Shown one piece after another: positions 1 to 12,737 of a stretch of 64,000 bases of DNA; position 1 is the first letter of the stretch; each line of letters starts with the position of its first letter. The notes beneath the pieces are model-generated. The model made no database searches. It saw only the letters and a list, made by a program, of their open reading frames with translations, and was not told the origin of the DNA. The stretch is taken from NCBI GenBank assembly GCA_013239625.1, contig MU053881.1:11026873-11090872 (forward strand), given 5' to 3'. The stretch comes from Lama guanicoe (Eukaryota). The position numbers and the translations under genes were made by a program.

Positions 1-1109
1 AAACAGCCATTATCTTTTAGTTTCTTACTTGAACATAGTTTGGACATAATTGTAGTAATTTGAACATAATCTTCAAATCAGTAAGTAGGCTGTGTTAGAG
101 CAAATCAAGTAAAAGAAATTTAATGGATTGCCATTTGCGTGCTAAGTGTTCACATTTATTTATCTGCTAAGATTAAGATTTTAATGTGTTTGATATATTA
201 AAGACATGGTGATTTTCAAATTGCTCTCTTGCAAATATGCAAAAGTTATTACAACTCATACTGAAGTAAAGAACCACCAGTGATACCACTCTGACAGTCA
301 GACACATTTGGCACCTTTCCCCAGTCACCTGTGTTATTTTATACTCTTCCCTCTGCTCTTTCTTTCTTTCTTCTTTTTTTTCACATTTAAGGGTGGATAT
401 TATATTTCTTATCTTTCTACTTAATCTATTATTTATGTATATACAGAAAAATATCACCTCTCTGTGGCTTTCCAGCTTTTCCAAATAGCTCTCTTTTTTC
501 CAATTCCTGTTCCCATAGTATCTTGTACATGCCTTCATCAAAAAACAGGAAAGCTGGAGATGTTATGTCATGATTTAAAATATAATTGTGTACATACATG
601 TGAGTTTATATGCAATTGCATTACTCATTATGAATCATTTTCAAGGGGTCCTGTAGAAATGCATTAAAAAATAACAGAGATGAGGACTAGCAAGGTTAAA
701 CAAGGGTATCTCTCTGATGGAGGTGAGGTTAAATGAACACACTGAATATATCAAAATACGTCACATAAGTAGTGTGAGTTTAAGAGTCGGCAGAATAAGA
801 ATGAACTTGTGATCTCCTGTCATAAACCTTATACAGTTCATTCAATGAGAATAAAGTAGTTGCTTAGAAAACGAAAGGCTTTTCTTATACCTGAAACACA
901 TTTTTCACTAAATAGTCATAAAGAGCAAAAGGAATAACATGGTGGACAGGGTCAAACAGTATCCCTGCATTCCAGCAGTCATAAGCACACCACTGTCTGT
1001 GCTGCCTGCAGTCCAGAGGGACAACCACCAGTGAGCCTAAGGGCTTAGGGAGTAGGATGAGAAAAGTGAACCTCAGGAATAGCATAGAAAGGAATGAAAG
1101 AAGGAAATG

Positions 1110-1320
1110 AACGGATGTTCGATGAGTACCTGCTGCATGTCTGACACTGTGATGGTTATATTTTTATTATAGTAACTCATTTAGTGTTCACAAAAAACTA
1201 TATGATAACTGTTATTCTAGTTTTTAAATTAAGAAAACGAGAATCCAGAAAATTTAAAGAATTTGCTGGAGGTAATATAGAAAGCTAAGGGTCAGAGCTA
1301 AATTAAAACTTAGAAATGTA
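1110..1320 (-). mobile_element. MIR SINE (ancient, diverged)
   Basis: gagtacctgctgcatgtctgacactgtg...ctcatttagtgttcacaa...aagaaaacgagaatccagaaaatttaaagaatttgc follows the reverse complement of the MIR consensus in order. Confidence 0.65.
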
Positions 1321-1647
1321 GAGGTAAGTAATTTCATTATTTTCACCAGGGCCACCAATCTTCTAAAAACATCAGAAGGCAGATCCCACTAATTTCAAGA
1401 GTTTAATGAAAGAAATATATACAGTGGTGCAAGAAAAGCACTTAATCCAGAAACCCAGATACGTAAGTATCTGGTCTCCTAAGTGTAACTTGAATTAGGA
1501 TGTCTATGTGACTTCACCAATTTAACATCAAAAACAGAATATAGACAAGGTTTTGTTAATAAAGTAGAAATAGGTTAAAAAGTAGGAAAATAAAGAGTAT
1601 ATTTCCGAATTCGGTCTTACTGAGTGCTTCATTAATATAAACCTCCC

Positions 1648-1770
1648 TGTAATAACCTATAATAAAAATGTGAAAAAGAATATACTAATTAAAATACCGA
1701 ATCATTATGCTGTACATCAGAAACTAACACAACACTGTAAATCAACTATGCTCCAATAATATATATATAC
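1648..1770 (+). mobile_element. L1 extreme 3' end, 5'-truncated, cetartiodactyl-type
   Basis: tgtaataacctataat...gaatcattatgctgtacatcagaaactaacacaacactgtaaatcaactatgctccaataa is the L1 3'UTR terminus, followed by an AT-rich tail. Confidence 0.8.
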
Positions 1771-4284
1771 AAACTTTCCTATATTCACTCGGTTCTACAT
1801 ATGATTGTTCTTTATCGCTAATGTGATTTTTGTATATCAAACAAAAATATTCAAATTAACTATAGTTTCCTCGTCTCTAAAATGGGATTAATGGTGCTCT
1901 TTATCTAGTTCTACTTAGATATCAACGTGACAAACACTATTACACATGTTCAAACAAAAAAACAACATATTAATGCTGCATTATTCTTATCTTCAAACAA
2001 GTACATTTGTCAATTTTCCTGTGCACTTTGTGTATTTATTGAATTACATGTTAAATAAGTTGTTGTCAAGCAATGATTTTAAGCAACAGCACAGAGGCCT
2101 CCCTCTGTTAGGACGTGACATCCAGCATGATGTAGTAATTGGGAAAAGAGCTGAACCCAGTGATCAATGACTTATTTGAGCAAAATGAAAAATCCATGAG
2201 CATAAAAACACGATGGAGCTCTGGACAAAATCACCAAGAAAACCAAAGCTAGGGTGCACTGCCAAACTAAATACCTTCATCTTTAATGCACACATATACC
2301 CGCAGACAAACACGCATTCACCCACAGGGTGCCATACTCTGAAATCATGAAGTTTAAAGCAAAAACGCAAGTGGACACATAGAATGCAAAAGACTGAAAT
2401 CAGAGCCGTGAATTCTGCATGTGAATTCAATTTTCACAGGATGAGAACAAAGGGAATCGTGGTTTTGAGACTCTGAATTCCCTCAATGCATTCCCCATAC
2501 AAAATTTTAAATGCTACCACGTGAGGTAGCATTGTCAAATTGTCAAAGTTGAGGGTGAATTATAAAGGGCATGTACTGACCTAAATAAGAGCCATTTTGG
2601 TACAAGAATGTACACCTAATTTTGGAAATAGATTTAAAAATTTGTTTCCGTCACTTTCTTAGACCATCCTTTAGTCCCAAAACCCAAATATTGAAACTCT
2701 AATTAAAAATAATAAGCTTCAATATTGATCCTATGGTGCTGTGGAATTATTATTATCCTGATCAAACTAAAACTTCTCTCCAGAATGGAATCAAATATTA
2801 TGTTTAAAAAAGAAAACAAAAAACTGCTTTGACTTGATTTTAATTACAAAGGCATTGCAAGATGACAAGTATTTAATGCAAAAAAACCCCCACAAAAAAC
2901 AAAAAAGCCCTTTGTCTTCCTTCCTGAGGTACTTAAACCACTGCACTGCTTAGACAGTTGTGGACGATACAACCGTAACTCACAGACTAAGCATGGTCAT
3001 AGTGTAAAAAAGAGCTAATGTGAGTTGTAATGAAATTTAACAGATGAAAGCTTCCATTAAATTTTGTTTATAAAGTGTTGCCCTGTATCTGATAGTAAAC
3101 TCCTATAGAAATCATTTTCAGAAGAGCAGAAATATGACAGGAGAGAAGCGCAGTAGAGTGTGCCTAATTCATTCCAATTCACAGAGTAATGCATTTCAAT
3201 TCACACAGTGATGCATTCTAGTCTCCAACATGAGAATCCAATCTACTTGATGCTTACTAGAGTTGAAACAAACTCACCGCACCAGAAAACTGACAATGTC
3301 TATTTTGCTAAATAGAGAAGTACTTTAAATATTTTTTCACTATTCTCTAAGCTTGGCTATGCCTTATTTACCAAACTATACATTATGTTAATCGGCCTGT
3401 GCTACTTACAATATAAGATAAAAGTCTTCGATTTTGAAGTCTTCAATTATTCCATAGTCATGAAAGCTGTTTAAGAGTCAGTTTCTGATGCTCATCTGAT
3501 TTTCTGGAACAGGTCTGAAAGCCTAATTGCAGTCAGATGTTGCAAGCTTCTGGAAACCAGTTTAAGCTTTACTTTGAGCAACTACCTTACTGGTACTGAA
3601 AATTTTTTTTCTGGAAATATACTATCATGTACAATTTCAATCACTATATGTCATCATAAATCTTTAGCAATTTTACTTAGTGTTAAGTAGTAAATTTTCA
3701 GTTTTTTTAAAAAAATTTTCTTTTGCTAATACATATTAATTTTGCACTAAGTTTCAGACTATTCTTGAGAATTTTTGTCTCCATATGAAATTCTTATTTT
3801 CCAGTTTAAAAAAATTAAATACAGAAAAAACAGTTGATAAATTGACCAGTGATTTACTGAAATGTAGAAAAAAAAACTGAATTCATAGGATTCTGGTACT
3901 GGCAAATTAGTTCATTTATTCCTTTGAGGGGAAAAAAAATAGAAAAAGGAAAAAAAATAACCAAAGAGGAGCTTTGAAAAATCTGCTAAAGGGGTGGGAT
4001 GGGGCCTTGTACCAGTCTTTACGTTCATATTTTCATTGAAGGAGACAAAACTGGGTCAAAGGAAAGGTATATAAAGATTTCAACATTTAAATATTTCTGA
4101 CTTTTTCCTTGAGAGCTGATTTATTTTGCCTGGGGGCTGGAGGGAGCATAGAAACCTTGGATTCCTTTAATCCATTTGTCATATGTAAAGTCATGATGAA
4201 AAGCACAGCCAAGGTCCCTGAGGTGTGTGGATACTGCAATTCTACTCAGGACTTCTTACTCTCAAAGAAACACCATTATTCAGC

Positions 4285-4400
4285 CATCGACCCATCACAC
4301 ATCACCTCCATTTTACAGATTGAGTCACTGAAACTGAAAATGTTTAACTGACCTTCTAAGGTCCCCCAAGAAATTTTAACCGAGCTGAAGATTACTTTAA
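4285..4400 (-). mobile_element. MIR core fragment
   Basis: cctccattttacagattgagtcactgaaactgaaaatgtttaactgaccttctaaggtc resembles the MIR core (reverse). Confidence 0.55.
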
Positions 4401-4715
4401 GTTCCTGTGTGGTGACTGCGCCTTGCAAATGGCTTTCTAATTTGAAGGCTATATTTTCTCTGAATTATAAACTAGACTCTAAAATAGTAGAAACTCCTTA
4501 GAAATTTAATTAGAGTAACATATCTTGCTCATTAAATTACATGGATTCAAGATACAATGTCATTTTCAGCCAATCTTCCCAACATACAATCTTCTCGGTA
4601 ATTATAGTGCATTTTATAATTAAAATGCCAATTTAATGTTAAACTATTGTATCATGTCAACAGTAGATTAAACTAAGTGGTATAACTTCTTCTTTATGGA
4701 GGGAGAGGTTATTCT

Positions 4716-4925
4716 GTGTTCATCCAGCAAACGTTTACTGAGTACCTATAATATATCATGCAATCTGTGAGATACTAGGAATAGACTCATGGGTTAGACA
4801 AGAACTCTGATCTCAGTCTTCTAGAAGAGATAGACTAGCAGAGCACCACTGATGGGACACGAGGCAAGGGCAATAATAAAGATACACTCAAGATACTAGG
4901 GGAGAACCATGTGGTTCACCTAACT
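4716..4925 (-). mobile_element. L2 3' end
   Basis: ttcatccagcaaacgtttactgagtacctata...gatactaggaata is the reverse complement of the L2 3' terminus. Confidence 0.6.
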
Positions 4926-4989
4926 AAACAAAAATGTGGGCTTGAGCAACTGGTCACATGGTGGGGATTTTCTCCGAACATATGACCAA

Positions 4990-5520
4990 CAATTCATTCA
5001 TGCATTCAGCTACAACTGGATAATCACCTACTGAGTGTTAGGAATTGACCTCTTTCTAGATATAAAATAGTAAAAAGAAAATAAATAAACCATTTTTTCT
5101 CATAAAGATTATGCTATAGTAAAAAAGACAGAGAGAACATATTAAGCATATATATATATATATATATATTTAAATGTTGAGTGAGGAATCAGGACCAAAT
5201 ATTCTTTGATCTTGGCAAAGGATATGAAGCCTGACAAGCAGACTTTTATAAATGGAGACTCAGGGAAATCTACTCTGAGAAACTTACATCTGAGCATATA
5301 TCACAAGGGTGGGATGTGTTACTGATGCTAGACTGCGGGGAAGACACTTCAGGCAGCAGTAGGAACAAGTGCAAAACCTCTGTGGTGGAAATGAGCTTGG
5401 CGTGTTTTGGAGAGTACCACGGTGTTACTCTGCCATGATCAGGAGTTGAGGTATAACTCTAAGTAAACCTTCAGAAGAATTTGAACAAGAAAGCAACATG
5501 GTCTCATTTAGGACAAACAT
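4990..5520 (-). mobile_element. L2 fragment
   Basis: ttcattcatgcattca start, then caggcagcagtaggaacaagtgcaaaacctctgtggtggaaatgagcttggcgtgttt, a typical L2 3' body in reverse. Confidence 0.65.
5148..5169. repeat. (AT)n microsatellite
   Basis: directly visible AT run. Confidence 0.95.
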
Positions 5521-5796
5521 GGTCTCCTATGACCTTGAATCTATCAACATGAATGTACCACAACCAGATGCATTATTCAGCAGCCCCAACGGATTAATGA
5601 CTGGTGCTCAGGCTGTAAACATATGGTAGACCTATGGACATATGCTCTTGAACCCACTGTGTAAAGAGCATGGTAAGTACAATACGAATATTATTTATGC
5701 TCATGGTCCAAATCTGTGTAATGCAACCTCCAGGGGACCTTCAGAGTTATTTTTTAAAATCCTAGAAATACAAATGTGAACTACTCTTTCTGTGAA

Positions 5797-6052
5797 GGCA
5801 GAGTAATCTAGTTATGAGGAACACAGCTCAGAGTCAGATAAAATTAGGTTTATATCCTAAGGCTTCATCCTTTAAAAGTTGAGGCACATGGGGCCAGGGT
5901 CTTACCTTTGTAAACTTTAGTTTTCTCATATCTAACATGAGGAGAATGACGGCTTCGTGGGGATGAATTCACACCAGGTATATAAAATTAGCATAAGGTA
6001 TGATCTAGTGTATAGTAAATGTGCACTCAATATTAGTTGCTATTATTATTAT
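5797..6052 (+). mobile_element. MIR SINE, near full length
   Basis: cagagtcagataaaattaggtttatatcc...tttagttttctcatatctaacatgaggagaatga...cactcaatattagttgctattattatt follows the MIR order. Confidence 0.65.
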
Positions 6053-6117
6053 GTATAGAATGAATACATTCTTCTTACAGATATGTCCAACTGTTCAAAT
6101 GTATTTGATGACAGAGG

Positions 6118-6420
6118 ATTTATTTAACAAATATTTAATGTGAATACACTCTGTTCCTGGCACAGGGTAGAACCTTGCAGGTATAACAGGGAATAAGACA
6201 GTTCTGGTCCCAGGGAGCTATGAGTTTATGAGATCATAATAAATGCTATGATAAAAATGAGCATGGTTTGGTACAAGAACATAAATAAGGCACCTAACTA
6301 AGCCCTATGAGAAAAGAGATATTTCCTCGAGAAAGTCCCACAGTGTGACTAGGAAATATTCTGGTTAAAAATGAGAGGAAGGAGAAGATTCAAGACAAGG
6401 AAACTTCAATGATAAAGGAC
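6118..6420 (-). mobile_element. L2 3' end
   Basis: tttatttaacaaatatttaatgtg...ctctgttcctggcacagggtaga...gggaataagacagttctggtccc. Confidence 0.65.
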
Positions 6421-6997
6421 AAATGATAAGACACTATATACTTAGAAGTTGAATGTTACCTAGTAGAACCAGGAAATACGATATGAATTGCAGAGCTGTG
6501 ATTATAAAAATACAAATCCTTGAGTGATAGGTAGTCTCCAATGATAGCCATGCACATTTTTGTCTGATTACTTTACTATATTTTCTTGGAAGAGAGAACC
6601 TAGGTCAGATTTTGAAGTCTCTAAGAGTTAGAGATCTATGTTAAGTACTGATGAAACACAATAGGCTTTATTAAGGCACAGAAATTTGAGAGAAGGCACT
6701 TCCAAAGCATTGCAAGGATCCCTAAGTTTCAACAAATACATGTGTGGAAGACAGCTTTTGTACGGACCATATCTTATAGGAAAGCTGTGTTTCTTAGGAA
6801 ACCTGTGTTTGCATAGGACAGTAACAATGCAAAAGACTGAAAATCACCTTGACTATTACTATGTTAGTAGACCTTCTTATGACCTAACATTTATGACATT
6901 TTATCAGGACCATCTAAATGTTGTGAGTATTAAGAGAAAGCAAATCCATGATCTGAACTGATTTTAGTTCACAAGAGGTTCCATTTGTTTTTATTGA

Positions 6998-7031
6998 GGT
7001 TAATGGATCTGTGAATACAGATCCATTAACC
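6998..7031. repeat. Perfect 15 bp inverted repeat with 4 nt loop
   Basis: GGTTAATGGATCTGT-gaat-ACAGATCCATTAACC; the arms are exact reverse complements. Confidence 0.97.
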
Positions 7032-7107
7032 CCAGAATTTTTAAATGTTAAATCAGCAGCTTTAAATAAATGTTAACGTGAGACACCAATTACTGATACT
7101 GTAATAC

Positions 7108-7121
7108 CAACTAGAGGGCAA
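7108..7121 (+). promoter_or_regulatory. Candidate CTCF core motif
   Basis: CAACTAGAGGGCAA versus consensus CCACYAGRKGGCRS; motif match only. Confidence 0.3.
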
Positions 7122-7689
7122 GATTTGGAGCACTGCCGAGCAAGAATATGTTAAAAATTCTGAACTCCTTTATTAGCCAGATAAAAATGATGTAAAGATA
7201 TTAATATTTCGGTGGGTCAAAGCCAATAAAAATAAATTATTTCCCCTTTCAAAAAGTCATTTAGCAAATAGCTACATAGTCTCTAGGAGACTATGTTTCC
7301 AAACTTTCATAAGATTATGGTTATTGTTATTAATGTTACCATTACTACTCTTGCAATGCCATTACTACATTAAGGAATTGATTTACTCTGATCTTGCAGC
7401 TGTAATTACCCCACACACTGAGGAAACAGTGCATTGCAAGGATACAGGAGGCTCATTGCTGAGACAGTGGTTCCGCACACAGTGGCATGCAGAATTATTT
7501 CGCTCTATTTTAAATTATTTTGTATCAGTTATGTACCCAAAGTGGTATCGATATCTGACCCCTGTTTTTGTCATCAGAATTTCATTATGGTGAAGAGTAC
7601 TTAATTCAATTTAACATGAATTTACTGAATGTTTATGAACCTAGCTAGCCCTATTCTCATGCAACATTCCTGTCTCTGGGGAATTCTTA

Positions 7690-7895
7690 GCATATGGAAT
7701 CAAGCTGCCCTGGTTCACACTGGACTTCTGTTCAGTTGCTGAATAGTTACTTAACTTATTTACGACCCCATTTCTTCATTCACTAAATTTGCATATTATT
7801 ACCTATTTATTGAAGCTTTTACGGAGGTATTGAAAATATAACTGTTGACACTATATGTGTCATGTAAGTGATGCTTCTTTAATTATAACTATTAT
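7690..7895 (+). mobile_element. MIR SINE
   Basis: tggaatcaagctgccctggttcacac...agttacttaacttatttacgaccccatttcttcattcactaaa. Confidence 0.5.
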
Positions 7896-8169
7896 TGAAA
7901 CAATATGGTATCTTTTAAAAAGTGTCATAAAATGATTACCAGACAAGACTGAAGCACCATAGAGAGTAGCTCTATGCTTGTGTAGGGCTGTGGGATGGTG
8001 AACGCCTTCTCTTCTATAACAATGCTTTCTTTTCTAAGGCAACTTAATTTTCCTAGTATCGCTGTATATTAAGGTAACTGTGTTGCATAAAAAGGAATAT
8101 GCCATTGTAGTCTTAGAATGATGGAGACTCAAAAACGGCTCTAGGATTGCATAAATCCTGTTTACTAGG

Positions 8170-8890
8170 CTATCTTTTTGGTCAAACATATGGTCTATTT
8201 TTTAAATGTTGCATGTGGATGTTCAAAAATTATATATTCTTTGAATTTGGGTTCAGATGACTTTCTGTCTCTTTCTCTCTGGTCGCATAAACAGACACAG
8301 ACACAGACACACATGCACACATATACACATATTACAGTTTGAATCTTAAATAGTTATCTATTTATCTCCTCTTACATTAAAATACTTATAAACATTTGAA
8401 TCCTATTGTTCAGGCCTTCACTATTTCTATTTATTTTTGTCTGTTTGAACCATTACTTTCTTTGAGTAGTGTGTTAAAATCTCAAACTTAGAATGCTAAT
8501 TTTATCTATAACTCTCTTTAGTTCTGGCAGTTAAAGCTTTATATATTTTGAGGTCATATTGCTGGGAGCATACAAGTTTATGCTGATTATAGCATTTTAC
8601 TCTATTAGTCTTTTTACCAGAATATCATATCTTCCCCTGGCACATTGAGTTATTTTTCTCAAATAATATTTTGTCATGTTAGTTGCTTACTACTGTTTTC
8701 CATAAGCATATACTTACTTAGTTTATCTTTGTCTACCCTACTGTGCCTTTTTGTTTTTAAATATGTCTTTGTTGACAGTATGCTGTTAGATCTGTTTTTT
8801 ATTTATTTATTTTCATCTACTCTAGGATTGGGTCCTTTCACTGAGGAGTTTCACTTATTTATATGGACAGTATTTCTGCTGATTTAAAAC
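8170..8890 (-). mobile_element. Old L1 (L1M-type) ORF2 5'/endonuclease-region fragment
   Basis: catatggtctattttttaaatgttgcatgtg...gtgttaaaatctcaaact...gctttatatattttgaggtcatattgctgggagcatacaagttta matches antisense L1 ORF2 5' region. Confidence 0.75.
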
Positions 8891-9984
8891 TAATCTCCTT
8901 ATTCTTAACTGCTGCCTTCTGGAAAAGTTCCTTAATTTGAACTTTCAACAGACTAATTCATTTTTTCCAGCTTTATCCTTCTAGCGCTGTAGCTCATGAG
9001 TTGTGTTCTTTACTGTAAGTATTGTTTCTCACATTTAATATTGGTTCCTTTTATGATTTACTGTTCTTGATTTATTTGGTATTACCTAGCCTTATCATCT
9101 ATAGGTGTTCATCATGTATTAAATTCTCAGTACTTTATTTTAATATTGTTAAATAGCCACCTCTGATGTTATTCACTTTGGTATCTTTTTTTCACACTCT
9201 TTATACTTCTTAGGTATCTAGTTCTGTGAATTTAGCCTGTGAATTTATGTTCCCCTGTGAATATGGGCTATTCTATCTACCTGATAATATGTATATGAAA
9301 AGAGCCACAAGACAGGATCTAACCTGTATCCTTTTTGTTGAATTTAAAGGGAGGAGAGGGGGTGTGTCCCAGGATGGAAGACCCTATGATGCCTCCAAAC
9401 TCCCCTTGATCACATCTGTTTGCTGCCTCTCTACCTGGTGACTTTTCTTTTAAAACATTTAGGAGAATGTTTTGATGAGAGATAGTGCCACCAGCTCTGA
9501 GTTTTAATAAACCCCCTTTATTCTCTACTTAGCACAACTGAGAAGGGAGAAACGGATAGAAAAGAAAGTAATTTACATTGTAGCTATGATTCCTAAAGCT
9601 TGTATATTTATCCCATGAATTTGCCAAAGAAAATCTGGTATAGTACAGATTCTTCTAAAAAATAAAGAAATCCCCTGGAGTTCATCCAACATCCATCAAC
9701 AGCATTTGGGGCCACAGAAGGCTGGAGCTACTTGGTTACATTCTGGTTTGCATAAGTATATTATATCATGTAAATTCAATTTCGATTTTAATAAGAAAGG
9801 ATATTTGTTACTTTTCATGTGGAAACTGAGTTACAGAACTGCTAAATCACATTTGAAATTTTCATAAACTATGCCAGAGGCTATAGTTTATTAGTGATTT
9901 TTCAGAGACTTGACAAATAAACACCTGACTACAGAGAAATATAAAATCACCATAAGGATAAGATGTAGGAAGTAATACCTATAC

Positions 9985-10190
9985 AGTCATTCATTTATCC
10001 ACTCCTTTATTCAATTGATGACTTACCAAATATTTATTACTTTCTTGCTCAGTGCCAGACTCTACTCTACAAATTGAAGACACCATGAAGAAATGAATGA
10101 GATTTCTGCCTTCAAGGAGTTTATACTCCTGTGAATGAGACAGACGGAAACAACAGCAAGACAATGTGGCAAAAGCACTTTAATAAGAAC
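9985..10190 (-). mobile_element. L2 3' end
   Basis: cattcatttatccactc...caaatatttattac...gtgccagactctactcta...ttctgccttcaaggagtttatactc. Confidence 0.7.
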
Positions 10191-10198
10191 AGACGCTA

Positions 10199-10222
10199 AC
10201 ACACACACACACACACACACAT
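10199..10222. repeat. (AC)12 microsatellite
   Basis: directly visible. Confidence 0.95.
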
Positions 10223-10324
10223 AATTTCTGTGATTCACAGAAGAATCATAGGAATGACCAATATTCTCCTACAAGAGGATGAAATTTGAAGGGCACAACT
10301 CAAAATACAAACATCCTAACGTAA

Positions 10325-10793
10325 AAAGAAAACATGGTATCCGTCTACAATGGAGTGTTACTCCACCATAACAAAGAATGAAATGTTGCTATGTGAGACA
10401 ACATGGATGCACCTGGAGGGTTTTGTGCTTACAGAAGTCAGTCAGACAAAGAAAGACAAATACTGTATGTTTCACTTATACATGTAGAACCTAAAAACTA
10501 CGTAAACAAATATAACAAAACAGAAACAGATTCACAGATACAGAAAAGAATCTAGTGATTACCAGAGGTGAAATGCGAGGAGGAGCCAAACAGGTAAAAG
10601 CAATGAAGAGATACAAGCTACTGGGTATAAAATAAATAAGTTATAAGAATGTGATGTACAACACAGGGAAGAGAGTCAATATTTTGTAACAACCTTGTAA
10701 CATGAAGTATATTCTACAAAAACATTGAATAAGTATGTTGTACACCTGAAGCTAATATAATACTGTGAGTCAACTATACTTTAATAAAAAAAA
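10325..10793 (+). mobile_element. L1 3' end (ORF2 end plus 3'UTR), L1MA9-like or laurasiatherian
   Basis: caatggagtgttactccaccataacaaagaatgaaat...caacatggatgcacctggaggg...gaaagacaaatactgtatg...tgtacacctgaagctaatataatactgtgagtcaactatactttaataaaaaaaa. Confidence 0.9.
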
Positions 10794-11599
10794 TTATAAA
10801 GTTGTTCTCTTACTCTAGTTATTAATAAACAAAACAGTTACAACCTGGTAATTAATGACAGTGGGACAGGGCTTTGAATTGGCAAGGGGTTGGAGAAGGT
10901 ATTGTAAAGTGAAGTCCTTCACTGGAAAAAAAAATTAATCCTCTGAGATATGTTTGAGACAGAACAAAGAGTCAGTTATTCTGGTGGGCATTGAAAAGCT
11001 TTTAAAAACTTTATAAACATGCAATTCAAACAGATGTTAATGTTTTCACATTACTCTGACATTCTAGGGAATTACAGTGTATATTCAAATAGAAATAGTC
11101 AAATTCAGTTAAAGAAGATAAATTATAAAAATGTTAGAGAAAAGTCTAAAAATGACATATATTCTCTCTATATTTGAGAAAAGCTAGAACCAAGGAGGCC
11201 TTTTCTTACCTAAGAGGCAAACTGTCTTGCACAGAACATACAAATAAATTAATTACCTAGTTAGTTATCTAGTATGCAGCAAGAAGAGGCCCACAACAGA
11301 AGTCACAGCTCTTTTTTGTGCATGCAAAAGCTGTAGGGAGTAAGAGAGTGAGGCAAAAGAAGGCAGGAAGTAAAATATAATTCAAAGGATAAATGGCCAG
11401 TATCAGGAAAGATACTATGTGATAAGCTTGCCATCTGTAGATATAGTGTCTGATATTGAACCAAACACGTGACAATTTTGCAAGAAGAATTTCTTTTATC
11501 GTTCCAGTCTGATGTCAGAACTGATTCCTCTGTGAGAACGAGATGCCCTTGGAAAAATATGTACAGGGCAATGAGGGAGGGAGAAATTACTGGGCAGTA

Positions 11600-12025
11600 A
11601 GTTATAGAAACCTCAGTCATCACTGGTTTGAACATTTACTGTTCACTTAACTAGAAGGCAGGCAATGTCACAGGTTGGCTAAGCAGCTTCCCAATATAAG
11701 GGTGCCGGGTTGACAGTTCTGTGATTCTTCTAGGTTTTTCTCTCATGGGAGTAAGATGGTTTCTCCAGCTCCAGGCACATCATCCTCCCAGCCATGTCCA
11801 TGAACAAGAAGCATGGGCAGTCAGAGCAATAAAAATATTCACCTCTCCTTCTACTGAGAAAGAAAGTTCTGATCTTATTGATCAGAACTGGAACTCCTGA
11901 TCATTCTCAGCTGCAGGAAAGACTGGCAAAGTAAGAATCTTGCTTTTTCAAGCCCTTTAGTGAAAAGTGGGAAGAGAAAAAAAAGATTGGGCCTGATAGT
12001 TGGGAACTAATTGACAGTGCCTATC
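11600..12025 (-). mobile_element. MaLR LTR, MLT1K/L-like
   Basis: aagatggtttctccagctccaggcacatcatcctc and cagctgcaggaaagactggcaaagtaagaatcttgctttttcaagcc resemble reversed old MLT1 consensus. Confidence 0.65.
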
Positions 12026-12109
12026 CAAAGGAGTACGAAGGTAGGGGCATGACTGAGAATATTGTTCCACTGTCATTAAGCAATAGAGATATGAATTAGG
12101 GAAAACACT

Positions 12110-12205
12110 GCTTTCATTCATGTGATAAGTATTTATTAAGCACTTACTATAGGCTAGACATTCTGCTGGAAGCTGGGAATACAATGGCCATAGTAAAAAG
12201 GAACT
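12110..12205 (-). mobile_element. L2 3' end
   Basis: ttcattcatgtgataagtatttattaagcacttactataggctagacattctgctggaagctgggaataca. Confidence 0.75.
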
Positions 12206-12339
12206 AGCTTTATGTGCTTGGGGCCAGAGGAGTACAAGGTCCACTTCAGAAAATGAACAGGGCAAGGAAGCTGGCTAGGAGGGCGCAATCCCATCGCAGT
12301 ACGTTGGAAACTTACGACAGGATCTGCTCACGATCGTTT

Positions 12340-12737
12340 CTCTCCCCTGACCTGACTCTGCTCCAGTCAATCCCTTCAAACTGTCAAGCCTGTTCCTGCC
12401 TTGAGCCCAGTGCCTTTGCTGCTCTCCGGGTCTGGGATACTTTGCTACCAGAATCTGCAAGGCTGGCTTCTTTTTGTTGTCAGTTCTCCAGTCAAAGAAC
12501 AGTTACCTGGAGCGGCATTTTCTGGCCACCGAGTTTAATCTGATCATCCCTACCTCAGTCACTCTCCCCTAAATAGCTGTGCTAATATTTCCTTCATGAG
12601 ACCTATGACTATCTATAACTACCTTGGTTTATTCATTGATTGTCTGTCTTCCTTGTTATACTATAAGCTATATCTTCAAGGGCAAGAATGCTGTCTGTTT
12701 TCTTTATTAAGGTAACTACAGTCCCTCAAAACAGTGC
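12340..12737 (+). mobile_element. L2a-like 3' region
   Basis: ctctgctccagtca...ttcctgccttgagcccagtgcctttgctgctctcc...tgtctgtcttcc...ctataagc...aagggcaagaatgctgtctgtttt. Confidence 0.75.

Noticed and set aside
891..1005. Possible 115 nt minus-strand exon (ctgcAG...CAG|GTATAA)
   Set aside because: Weak donor, unrecognised peptide, and no partner exons to build a transcript.
2522..2529. let-7-like TGAGGTAG
   Set aside because: Only 8 nt match; the rest of let-7 and a precursor-size hairpin are absent.
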